A stretch of DNA of 64,000 nt. It comes from a virus. Numbering within the stretch: position 1 is the stretch's first letter; each line of letters starts with the position of its first letter. The DNA is taken from positions 1 through 64,000 of the IMG/VR virus record IMGVR_UViG_3300009345_000003; one strand, 5' to 3'. Made by a program: the position numbers and the translations under genes. The notes beneath the pieces are model-generated. The model saw only the letters and a list, made by a program, of their open reading frames with translations, made no database searches and had not been told where the DNA came from. Below, piece by piece: positions 39,996 to 48,138 of the stretch.

Positions 39996-40466
39996 TTAAC
40001 TCCTTTCAGCTTTTGAATCACATGTGCCGTTAGCCACCTGCCACCAGGATGCTTTACGCATCACACATTTACTACCATGCAACGTAAAATTATTAGTCCC
40101 GTAATCATGACACACAACTCTACCTTGATATGTGCCATAATTAGTAATTTTAAAATCACAGAAAAACCGAGGCATCTTTTTAGGTCTTTCTTCCCAGCCT
40201 AAAGGCTCAGTGCGAGTCTGCATAAGAATATGCCCGTTATCACTAATCCATTGGCACGGAGCTAACCACTTACCTGCCGGAGTTTTCATCAATTTTTTAT
40301 ATGCCATAAACTCAGTAATGTTTTGATAATACCCTGGCTGCTCAAATTTAATGACATATTTAGGGTCTAACCTATACACAAAGACATCCCTGGAAAGACC
40401 TTTACCTAAATGATCTGCTGCAATAAGGTCTACCAACTCATCATATATTAGTTGCGAATATTCCAT
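39996..40466 (-). CDS. minimal protein-kinase-like protein
   Basis: LGKGLSR.VF Gly loop, VIK, N..E, DFK..NYG catalytic loop, DYG. Confidence 0.75.
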   Translation of the reverse strand: MEYSQLIYDELVDLIAADHLGKGLSRDVFVYRLDPKYVIKFEQPGYYQNITEFMAYKKLMKTPAGKWLAPCQWISDNGHILMQTRTEPLGWEERPKKMPRFFCDFKITNYGTYQGRVVCHDYGTNNFTLHGSKCVMRKASWWQVANGTCDSKAERS

Positions 40467-41158
40467 TAGCTTTTCAATCTTGCTAGCTCACGAGCCATTT
40501 CCTCATGAGACATTTCACGCATAAGTTTTGCAGCTTTTTCTTTGTACTCTTTGCTCTCTGTACAACTTTCATGGTCATCATCTGATTCCAGAGATATACC
40601 TGCCGCCCGTGCAGCATCTTCAAAAGATGAGCAAAAATGATATTTTGAAAAATCCACTTCTTGCACATCGTACTTACTACCTGGATTACCCCAAACACCA
40701 TATTTACGTGCATAATACTCTGTTTCCACAAACTTTTCGGCGTCTTCACGCTTACGAAAATAAAAAGGTGTACGTAACGTTACCCCTCTACCTTCAGTAC
40801 TGTCGCTATTGTATATAGCAACATAATACTTACCTGTTGGCGCTTCTGCGGTGGCTATATTATCTGCGGTATCCTTAGTAACTTCTGTAATGATGTCTAA
40901 AAGACTGCAATTAACAGAGCTGCCCTCAATAATACGATGATTATTATTATTTTGCATATTGAAATAGTCTACATTTACAAGCTTACCCCATATAGAACCT
41001 ACAGGTACTGTTGGATAACCATAAGTCAGAAGTACATCAGCAACCCACTGAGCTATATAATCCCTGGAAACCCTCCTGTTACCTAAAACACAGTGCAATT
41101 CAATCGCAGTATAAAAGCAAACATTTACTAATTCTTGTAATTTATCTTTATTATTCAT
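40466..41158 (-). CDS. hypothetical protein
   Basis: GGAGCTAACATG start; G..T.P.G..WG.L and N.D.TEGRG modules. Confidence 0.8.
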   Translation of the reverse strand: MNNKDKLQELVNVCFYTAIELHCVLGNRRVSRDYIAQWVADVLLTYGYPTVPVGSIWGKLVNVDYFNMQNNNNHRIIEGSSVNCSLLDIITEVTKDTADNIATAEAPTGKYYVAIYNSDSTEGRGVTLRTPFYFRKREDAEKFVETEYYARKYGVWGNPGSKYDVQEVDFSKYHFCSSFEDAARAAGISLESDDDHESCTESKEYKEKAAKLMREMSHEEMARELARLKS

Positions 41159-41475
41159 GTTAGCTCCTTGAATACATTAGTATACTCAATATATGCGTCA
41201 GCCTCTTTCTGTACCATCTCTTTCAACCAACGCCTCCAGTCACCTTTGAAAGCATCTACTGGAACAAGTATAATACCGTCTTCATAATCGACATCATCAC
41301 GGTCTAAACGATTATCCCAGCCGATAGCAATTTCGCCTGATGGACATAACGTAAAGTTCACATACTGAACCTGCTGCACCATGAAGTATTCGGCGTATGC
41401 ATGCAGTATCTCGTGTGCACGGACAGCTAACTTCACTTTACATTGCACGTAAATATTAAACGTAACGTCGAGCAT
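41155..41475 (-). CDS. hypothetical protein, paralog of 36172 N-terminus
   Basis: R..EI..AYA...I..P.D.F...W..WL shared. Confidence 0.75.
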   Translation of the reverse strand: MLDVTFNIYVQCKVKLAVRAHEILHAYAEYFMVQQVQYVNFTLCPSGEIAIGWDNRLDRDDVDYEDGIILVPVDAFKGDWRRWLKEMVQKEADAYIEYTNVFKELT

Positions 41476-41489
41476 GGCGGTAACTCCTT

Positions 41490-41732
41490 TTAGCGCGGGT
41501 CTTCTTCTTCAGCGTAAACTTTTTCCACAACTGCTCTAATAACTATATCGAGTGTACGTTTAGCAATTTCAACCTGCTCATACGCAGCCATCAATTCAGG
41601 GAAACGCTCATTAAGATCATCTATGAAATCAGACAAATTGCACAAACGTTCTATGTCACCTTTTTCGTGGAAGTACAGCAGTGATGATGCATCATCCGCT
41701 GTCATTTTACGTTTTTCATGCTTTTTATTCAT
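41490..41732 (-). CDS. hypothetical protein
   Basis: AAGGAG RBS. Confidence 0.75.
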   Translation of the reverse strand: MNKKHEKRKMTADDASSLLYFHEKGDIERLCNLSDFIDDLNERFPELMAAYEQVEIAKRTLDIVIRAVVEKVYAEEEDPR

Positions 41733-42015
41733 GATCGCTCCTTAATGAATCAGATGCACAGGTATAACCGGCTTTAAAGGCTTCTTCACTTATAGGATAA
41801 ACTTCACCTACAAGGCCTACAATTAAGTAATTTCCAACTGTGCATATCATATCACCTTCAGACGTAGGCACAATTAAATCACCTGTATAACGATTAAAAA
41901 ATACTCCAGCGCATCCTTCTAAAGCACGTATAGTATTAAAAGTACTTTTTTTACCATCCCACTTAATCACATTTACTTCCAGCGGTTTTTTCGTAGCTTT
42001 AAACCATGCACACAT
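41725..42015 (-). CDS. PGDYG-like small phage protein
   Basis: KKP..V....W.G...T.EG.M....G.Y.I.G..GEVYP.....F...Y. Confidence 0.8.
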   Translation of the reverse strand: MCAWFKATKKPLEVNVIKWDGKKSTFNTIRALEGCAGVFFNRYTGDLIVPTSEGDMICTVGNYLIVGLVGEVYPISEEAFKAGYTCASDSLRSDHE

Positions 42016-42045
42016 GATCTCTCCTTTAAATAAAAAAGTACTTTA

Positions 42046-42774
42046 TCATGACTTTATCGTTGGGTACTTCCCACAAGAAAACTTCTCAGATTCAGGACAA
42101 ACACCAGTAGCTTCACAAGGTGCTCCAGCACACCTGAACACTTCTGGAAGTTCTTGCTTACATAACATAAGCATTTGCTCAGCCACAGCACGTATTTCCC
42201 ATTGGGCACGCCTGCAACACCGCAATTTAAAAAAGTTCAACAATGCACGACAATTCATAGTAACTACAATCATCGTTTCACATGCATTAGGCAGCACAAA
42301 ACGAGCATCTTCGTTTGCTGTTTTTTCATACCCATTAGCCACCAACTCTGCTTGTAGGTATTCATACGCTTCTGATACGGTAGCCATGAACTGCTTAAAG
42401 TATTCCGCAGCATTGGGAATCTTTTTAATATTAAGAGGCATAATATAATCAATGTCCTTAGAATCAGTATACCTCTGACTCTGCTGTGAATAGGAAGCAA
42501 TCCTATGACGCACAAGTTGATGTGATGCTGCTCGTGAAATGCCTGCTACAGAAAATGTAAAGCTAACGTGCTCAACGGTGCTATCGTGACCCGTTGCAAC
42601 AACTTTCTTTACCAATTTACCTTGTTCTTCCCTGCTAATAGTCCCAGCCCTTAACTTAGGCCAAATTTCAGCAACGTATTCTTTAGAATAGCATTGCTTG
42701 CATGCTGAATAAATCACAGCCAAAGGATTCTGTGTGTGCGCAATAAGATTAACTTTTGATTCTACTCTAGCCAT
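42046..42774 (-). CDS. thyX: FAD-dependent thymidylate synthase
   Basis: GH.S..EH, HQLVRHRIASYSQQSQRY, EDARFVLPNA, AQWEIR. Confidence 0.97.
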   Translation of the reverse strand: MARVESKVNLIAHTQNPLAVIYSACKQCYSKEYVAEIWPKLRAGTISREEQGKLVKKVVATGHDSTVEHVSFTFSVAGISRAASHQLVRHRIASYSQQSQRYTDSKDIDYIMPLNIKKIPNAAEYFKQFMATVSEAYEYLQAELVANGYEKTANEDARFVLPNACETMIVVTMNCRALLNFFKLRCCRRAQWEIRAVAEQMLMLCKQELPEVFRCAGAPCEATGVCPESEKFSCGKYPTIKS

Positions 42775-43279
42775 TTCTTAAATTCCTTTGTGCTTTCGAC
42801 CAGTCCCAATTAGGCCGTACGTTCACGTCAATATATGCGTTTCCAGCAGCATCATATGATGATGCTACGTACTCAATGAAATGCTTCTGGCGCATGTCTG
42901 AAATCTCTATAATTGTATCTAACACAGATAGCACGTTTTTTTTATTTACCGCTGTACTATCAGCTTCCACATAGTATCTAACCTCTTTATTTAAAGCACG
43001 CAAAAGCGCACCATAAAGATCAATGATATCCTTAGCTTCAGCAACATCGTTTGCATATTGTGTATATGTTTTGTGATCTACGTGATTTACAGATACATAA
43101 CAAATATCTTCTGCCGAATCAGTAGCTATATGCATGCCGAAATAGTCTGTTATAAGAAAACGCAGTATACGTTCAAAATCATCTTGGTATACCAAGCATG
43201 AAGAAAGCAGCTCATCCAAGCAAAAATCTTTACTTGTAAGATCATAATAGCAAATTATACGCATGTTATCCAAATCCAT
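42767..43279 (-). CDS. hypothetical protein (possible member of the 22895 family)
   Basis: GGAGCTAACATG start; weak pattern similarity. Confidence 0.75.
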   Translation of the reverse strand: MDLDNMRIICYYDLTSKDFCLDELLSSCLVYQDDFERILRFLITDYFGMHIATDSAEDICYVSVNHVDHKTYTQYANDVAEAKDIIDLYGALLRALNKEVRYYVEADSTAVNKKNVLSVLDTIIEISDMRQKHFIEYVASSYDAAGNAYIDVNVRPNWDWSKAQRNLRNG

Positions 43280-43353
43280 GTTAGCTCCTTATAGTGTTTA
43301 TACGTTTTTTAGTTATACTTACTAACTCTTTATTAATATCTGTGCCTATTATA

Positions 43354-43596
43354 TTAAACACCGGCACCACCATCAAAACATAATTCTGGCGAACCAACTT
43401 CTACGCCAACTTCACAATGCCACTCATAAAACCGCTCATTACCCACTACACCAGGATCAGGCATATTACGAGCTTCGTGGTAAGGTACAACAAAAACACC
43501 CACATCAGACCAAGCAAAAAGTACTAAATTAGCATTTGCACATTTCTTTAATGCTCTTTTTAAGCTTTTAGCCGCCTTTACTTGCTCATCATTCAC
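43354..43596 (-). CDS. hypothetical protein
   Basis: GGAG RBS, overlap coupling. Confidence 0.7.
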   Translation of the reverse strand: MNDEQVKAAKSLKRALKKCANANLVLFAWSDVGVFVVPYHEARNMPDPGVVGNERFYEWHCEVGVEVGSPELCFDGGAGV

Positions 43597-43846
43597 GACC
43601 CAGCTCCCTTATTACCCGTTCAGCAGTGCCCCACAACTTATCTCGATTCTGCATATAAGTTGCGTTTTCACCAAACTCTTTTTTGTAAGCATTAAGATAA
43701 ACAAGTGAACGCAGCGTCTCTATGACACGTTCCATATCATCCGCTGCATCTGTAACGAGCGTACTGATTGCACTAGCTACCTCTTCAGGTGCTACTAAAT
43801 AAATAGTTTGAGATAAATTCCTAAGATCATTAATTGATTGTAACAC
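43589..43846 (-). CDS. hypothetical protein
   Basis: AAGGAGCTAAC RBS with GTG start. Confidence 0.7.
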   Translation of the reverse strand: MLQSINDLRNLSQTIYLVAPEEVASAISTLVTDAADDMERVIETLRSLVYLNAYKKEFGENATYMQNRDKLWGTAERVIRELGRE

Positions 43847-43863
43847 TTTGTTAGCTCCTTTAA

Positions 43864-43996
43864 GTGTATATATGACTTCCTACACACCGACTTATATTGT
43901 TGTTACTTATACTGCATGAAGAGTGCGAACTCATAAGTCGCTGCCTCGGTCAGTCGAAGACAGTAAAGCTATTTATAGTCTAGCTCCTAAAGACTA
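43864..43996 (-). ncRNA. candidate structured RNA downstream of tRNA-Leu
   Basis: Four consecutive stems, two with minus-strand G-U pairs. Confidence 0.35.
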
Positions 43997-44009
43997 AAAA
44001 AATATTATT

Positions 44010-44086
44010 TGGTATCCGTGGTGGGATTCGAACCCACACTGCGAAGATTTTAGGTCTTCTGCCTCTGCCTGTTGGGCTACACGGAC
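44010..44086 (-). tRNA. tRNA-Leu(TAA), short variable loop, C at position 33
   Basis: GTCCGTG acceptor, GAAGA-CCTAAAA-TCTTC anticodon arm, GTGGG-TTCGAAT-CCCAC T arm, encoded ACCA. Confidence 0.9.
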
Positions 44087-44149
44087 ATTTACTAATTAGG
44101 GTAACACTAAATTACAATTTGATATTAAACGTATACATTTTTTACTTAT

Positions 44150-44467
44150 TTAAAAAATGTATATATCTCGCACAATTATTAAATCCAGTGCTATATAAAA
44201 AACACCGTATGTGGCAAGCTTATCCAAAAAAGCAGCTACGTTTTGTTTAACTTCTACAAACGTCTTACCGGGAACCAACCCGTAATAACTAACATCTGTA
44301 TCAACACCACCTTTAGCAGCGCTAATACCTAGCACATTTAAACAATATACAGGATCATCCGCCCAAAGCTCTTCTGAAAATTTATCATCATTTTTAGCAA
44401 AATTTTTTAAATCATATGATGTAAACTTTATACCAACACCACCTATAGCTACATACTCGATACTCAT
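44150..44467 (-). CDS. hypothetical protein
   Basis: GGAG RBS; MS..Y..IGGVGI N-terminus repeated at 47680. Confidence 0.75.
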   Translation of the reverse strand: MSIEYVAIGGVGIKFTSYDLKNFAKNDDKFSEELWADDPVYCLNVLGISAAKGGVDTDVSYYGLVPGKTFVEVKQNVAAFLDKLATYGVFYIALDLIIVRDIYIF

Positions 44468-44490
44468 ATAACAACTCCATTCATATTAAC

Positions 44491-44593
44491 TGCTGGTGCC
44501 GAGATTTGAACCCGGTGTGGTAGTGTCCTTATATTGGCTCATTGTTACTACCGTGGGAGGCACCCAGCGTGTTCCCACCACGCCGCACCAGCA
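44491..44593 (-). ncRNA. tRNA-like RNA without a normal anticodon arm
   Basis: GCTGGTG/CACCAGC acceptor, GCGTG/CACGC D arm, CCGGG-TTCAAAT-CTCGG T arm; two non-standard middle hairpins; no CCA. Confidence 0.7.
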
Positions 44594-44610
44594 TAAAAGA
44601 ATTTATATAA

Positions 44611-44874
44611 CTACGTAGCGGATTCCCATTTGTCAGCCTCAGCCATCGCCTCTTCCTGTGAAGCAAACTGCTCAAATGCGTAACATCCATCAGAGTCTCG
44701 ATAAACAGACCAACGCTCAGTACCATTAAAAAATTCAGGCCAAATTAAATAATTTCCGCGTTGCCCTACAGCTTCTAGTCTCAAATAGTCTAAACCAAAA
44801 AAATTATAGCCCTTACTAAATACCACAGTAGAGTCAAATTCCACATTATTTGTATCGTTCCATGCAAGTTTCAC
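44611..44874 (-). CDS. hypothetical protein
   Basis: GAGGT RBS with GTG start. Confidence 0.7.
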   Translation of the reverse strand: MKLAWNDTNNVEFDSTVVFSKGYNFFGLDYLRLEAVGQRGNYLIWPEFFNGTERWSVYRDSDGCYAFEQFASQEEAMAEADKWESAT

Positions 44875-44888
44875 AATACACCTCTCCT

Positions 44889-45101
44889 CTACCTGTCATC
44901 ACCTAGCGTACTTCTAATATTGGCCATTTCTCTCTTGCTGTCCCAAGGCTCATTTTGATTTTCCAACCAAGCACAAAATGCTTTCCCGTACGCACATCTG
45001 ATCTCTCTTTCCTCCTTATCAATTCTACGTTCCCAAGCAATGTCAGCCCAAACAACCCACACAGAAATGACGATCGCTATAATTGCAATTGCGGCACCCA
45101 T
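44889..45101 (-). CDS. small membrane protein
   Basis: AAGGAGTTAA RBS; N-terminal TM. Confidence 0.7.
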   Translation of the reverse strand: MGAAIAIIAIVISVWVVWADIAWERRIDKEEREIRCAYGKAFCAWLENQNEPWDSKREMANIRSTLGDDR

Positions 45102-45111
45102 ACTTAACTCC

Positions 45112-45633
45112 TTATTTTAATTCTTTTTCCAACAATCGTTTTACTTTTGAAATTTCTTCTTCAGAGTGCACAGTACCACCTGTATTCATCTCCAAATACC
45201 ATTGTAAAATTTCAGCCCGATTTTCCAAATCGTTGACGTGGAATGTCAGGCGGCAAATTACCCTAGGCCGATCTTCAAAATCACGAAAGTAATAACCACC
45301 CAAAATAGGAAACTTGTTATCCAGGAAGTCCAGGCAAGCCGTGATCCGCTGTTTACCATCCACAATAACCATCGGTTCAGTACTGGCTGCATTACGTCCA
45401 TATGAAGGGCAGTTGAAATATATATCACGACCTGACGTACCACCTCGGAGGATATGGACCACAAACGCCTGCTGCTGGTCCACAGTCCATACATGCCCTC
45501 GCTGAAAATCCGGGTTCATATCTAAAGCTGAGTTTTCTTTGAAGTCCCTTATTGTTTCAGGGACACTTCTTAGCTGAACGTCGATACGATAGGCCCCGCA
45601 TATAGTGTATGCGGGGATGTCAATAAATTTCAT
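45112..45633 (-). CDS. stand-alone DUF262 (ParB/Srx-like, GmrS-type) domain protein
   Basis: PDFQRGHVW, IVDGKQR.TA, N.GG motifs. Confidence 0.88.
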   Translation of the reverse strand: MKFIDIPAYTICGAYRIDVQLRSVPETIRDFKENSALDMNPDFQRGHVWTVDQQQAFVVHILRGGTSGRDIYFNCPSYGRNAASTEPMVIVDGKQRITACLDFLDNKFPILGGYYFRDFEDRPRVICRLTFHVNDLENRAEILQWYLEMNTGGTVHSEEEISKVKRLLEKELK

Positions 45634-46034
45634 TTCGTATCCTCATCAGCGTTTACAAACTCACTATATTGTTCGGTGCAAGGTACATTGCAGTTGACCC
45701 TAACCTTATCTATAAGCAACTGCATCTCTAGTAAGGGTAAATCAGATATAGGAGCTAAGTGTAATAAACCTAACAATTCTTTGCGCAATTTAACTTTGTG
45801 CAACTCACCAAGCGTTTCACTAGCTAGAGCTTTTATACAAATGTCCACATATTTTGGTTCAGGTATACCCTCCCCTGTAATACAATCATAAATCTCGTCT
45901 CCTACGTAATAGTAACCGCCATACACACCTGTAATAGTAGCTATACTGATAGGCTCTCTATTTTCAAGATCATACTCAATAACTGCATCACCAACATTTA
46001 AATCTTCGATAGCATCATACGTATAAGCACTCAT
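45630..46034 (-). CDS. hypothetical protein (SH3-like, distantly related to 46358/46788)
   Basis: L.VGD.VI N-terminus; AGGGGG RBS. Confidence 0.7.
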   Translation of the reverse strand: MSAYTYDAIEDLNVGDAVIEYDLENREPISIATITGVYGGYYYVGDEIYDCITGEGIPEPKYVDICIKALASETLGELHKVKLRKELLGLLHLAPISDLPLLEMQLLIDKVRVNCNVPCTEQYSEFVNADEDTK

Positions 46035-46085
46035 AGCTAAACCCCCTTATCTAGACTTCGTTAAATACTCGCAGCAATCTCTTTT

Positions 46086-46358
46086 TTATTTTACTGTAAC
46101 ATTTTTTTGAAACTGTGTAATGTTAACACCTGTATTAAGTGCATCACATATATCCTGCGCCTTCATAAATACCGCACTTCTGTTTTCGCGTGTGCCGTAA
46201 ACACGTATCTGAACTTTACCTCTTTTTAGCCGCTCCCCTTTAGATTTTTTTTCAACCTGAAAAATTCCGAGAGATAACGTCCTATATTCACCTGTTGCCA
46301 TGGAACCAGCATAGTCCCACGCTCCTACCTGCTTATTACCTGTATAGGGTTCTGCCAT
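46086..46358 (-). CDS. hypothetical protein
   Basis: AAGGAG RBS. Confidence 0.75.
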   Translation of the reverse strand: MAEPYTGNKQVGAWDYAGSMATGEYRTLSLGIFQVEKKSKGERLKRGKVQIRVYGTRENRSAVFMKAQDICDALNTGVNITQFQKNVTVK

Positions 46359-46795
46359 TACTTATCTCCTTTCACCCCAAACATTGCCAGGAGCCAACAT
46401 TTCTTGATCTCAGCTTCATCATTCTTGACAGGGCAGTTTTTGGGGTCAGATATGTCCCGCGCACAGGCGTAACCTTCGTTGACTGGACAACCACAGTCCC
46501 ACAGCAGCCTTGTTAAAACGAAATCTGTTACTTCACCTTCCAATCCCTCCGCCAGCTCCAAAGCTATTTTAGTAAGTCTTTCTTTTGTGGGCCGACACAG
46601 ATAAAAACCGTAAAAATAATTTCCAGGAACATAACCATTTTGTTTTCGGTATTTATCCCCGTTCTTAAGAACAACCAATGTTTTGGTTGTCCGTTCAACG
46701 GTTTTGATGCTGTCCCTGTATAAAGGATGCGACACTACCACCTGATCCCCAGGTTTGAGATTTGCCAACCAGTTTTCGCGGGTTTGGCTACTCAT
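46358..46795 (-). CDS. hypothetical protein, paralog of 46788..47375
   Basis: MS.QT.E.WLA.LKPGDQV.VS...TKTL.VL..G...RK..G..PG shared; GGAGG RBS. Confidence 0.8.
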   Translation of the reverse strand: MSSQTRENWLANLKPGDQVVVSHPLYRDSIKTVERTTKTLVVLKNGDKYRKQNGYVPGNYFYGFYLCRPTKERLTKIALELAEGLEGEVTDFVLTRLLWDCGCPVNEGYACARDISDPKNCPVKNDEAEIKKCWLLAMFGVKGDK

Positions 46796-47375
46796 CCCCA
46801 CCTCCCCCCTCGGCAATGTGGAGGACTTCGTTGTCCCCAAAAATATCAAACCACTCCTTTCTGGGCCAGATTTCACGACAATCCTTACCTCCAATAGTGT
46901 CGCTTGGAGATGCTAAATTTGTATACACATAATCATCTCCCACGTACGACACCACATGAACGATGTGAGTGTTCGGTTCCATGAGAACATCACCCGGTCT
47001 AGGAGTAATAAGTGGATTACGAATAGAATTAGTTGCTTCCAACTCCTCAACCATAGCTTGTAACCGCTGTAGAGATATCTTGGCAAATGCCTCCCACCCC
47101 AGCTTGTCAAATCTGCGGTATAAAGCTCTTTTTTTCACATCAGTTATTCTCTTTGGCGTAGGGTACAACAGTTGTGTACAATGATAACTTACATCTCCAG
47201 GTGCAAACCCGTCACTTTTGCGAAACCGTTCTCCAGAACTCAACACTAGCAACGTTTTTGTCACCCTAGAAACAATGCCTATACTATCAGGAGTAAACGC
47301 TGAATTTGTTGATACAATTACTTGATCCCCTGGTTTAAGACTTGCTAACCATTCCTCATTAGTTTGGTCACTCAC
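46788..47375 (-). CDS. hypothetical protein, paralog of 46358..46795 with a different C-terminus
   Basis: AAGGAGG RBS, GTG start; RNP...PRPGDVL C-terminal module. Confidence 0.8.
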   Translation of the reverse strand: MSDQTNEEWLASLKPGDQVIVSTNSAFTPDSIGIVSRVTKTLLVLSSGERFRKSDGFAPGDVSYHCTQLLYPTPKRITDVKKRALYRRFDKLGWEAFAKISLQRLQAMVEELEATNSIRNPLITPRPGDVLMEPNTHIVHVVSYVGDDYVYTNLASPSDTIGGKDCREIWPRKEWFDIFGDNEVLHIAEGGGGDE

Positions 47376-47554
47376 TTCAGCCTCCTTCTTTCATTAACAC
47401 TTATCTAAAAATGTGGAACCTCACACCACACTCGCCGGAACGTCTATAACCTCATATCAATCATAACATTCGATCATTCAACGCAGGGCATAATAACATT
47501 TCTTTGATTACGGCTTCCAGCCGATGAAGCGTAACCTTGCTAATTGTCGTCCAC

Positions 47555-47680
47555 CTACTTTATCGAGCCTATAGGGCAAGACCTTTCTATTAATTTTTCT
47601 TCACTTTCTGTGGAGACAGGCATATCCTGCTGTGTAAGCTCTATGCCTACACCACCTATACCCTGGTAATTAACACTCAT
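47555..47680 (-). pseudogene. 41-codon truncated paralog of 44150..44467
   Basis: GAGG RBS; MSVNYQGIGGVGIELTQQDM vs MSIEYVAIGGVGIKFTSYDL, then diverges and stops at TAG. Confidence 0.6.
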
Positions 47681-47706
47681 ATATTTAGTCCTCGCTTTAT
47701 TTTCGG

Positions 47707-47918
47707 TGACTACGCAACCTTTACAGGTATAAACTTTTGGTATCAGTTTACAGCTCTCAAGCAGTACAGAGTTATTTAGAAATCCTTAATAACTGGTAAG
47801 CACCACCAAACCAATTATCAGGTAAACAACCCATCAGTATTAACAAACTGTCAGTATAAGTCATCTCCCGGCCTTTTTAAGGAGTTCACTTACAAAGTCT
47901 TTCGAGCATACGTAGCCA
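47707..47918 (-). ncRNA. candidate ~212-nt structured ncRNA
   Basis: Closing stem UGGCUACGUA/UGCGUAGUCA plus several nested 7-10-bp helices, many with G-U pairs that form only on the minus strand. Confidence 0.6.
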
Positions 47919-47929
47919 TATTAGGTGTA

Positions 47930-48079
47930 TATGTCAGGCTTTCCACCTGACTGCCGGGTTTGCCCACACTTAGCAGTGGTCTTCTTCTTTAAGCGGATTT
48001 TGCCGCACCATTACTGGCTTATGGTTGCCACCGGACTATTGGTCGGTGGGCATGACTAAGAGGATATAGCCCACCGACC
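47930..48079 (-). ncRNA. candidate multi-hairpin ncRNA
   Basis: GGUCGGUGGGC/GCCCACCGACC hairpin, CCGG-closed three-hairpin junction, GUCAGG-UGGAAAG-CCUGAC. Confidence 0.5.
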
Positions 48080-48081
48080 TC

Positions 48082-48112
48082 AAAAAGCGCTCATATGCAT
48101 CATTGTGCGCTT
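48082..48112 (-). terminator. probable terminator of the polymerase operon
   Basis: AAGCGC...GCGCTT stem followed by a T tract on the minus strand. Confidence 0.6.
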
Positions 48113-48138
48113 GGAATAACTCATTTATAAGCGAAGCG

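Noticed and set aside
37940-43996. Twister or hammerhead ribozymes in the two smaller structured regions
   Set aside because: Partial motifs (GUUAC/GAGUAA; CUGACCGA) are present but the required P2 pairing or CUGANGA/GAAA core is missing
47930-47970. c-di-GMP-I riboswitch (GGGCAAACC...AAAGCC)
   Set aside because: Lacks the GAAA-capped P2 and the CGCAAA junction; an alternative perfect hairpin explains the sequence
47707-48079. tmRNA, RNase P RNA or group I intron
   Set aside because: No tRNA-Ala-like ends or tag ORF, no GAGGAAAGUCC core, and no interrupted host gene
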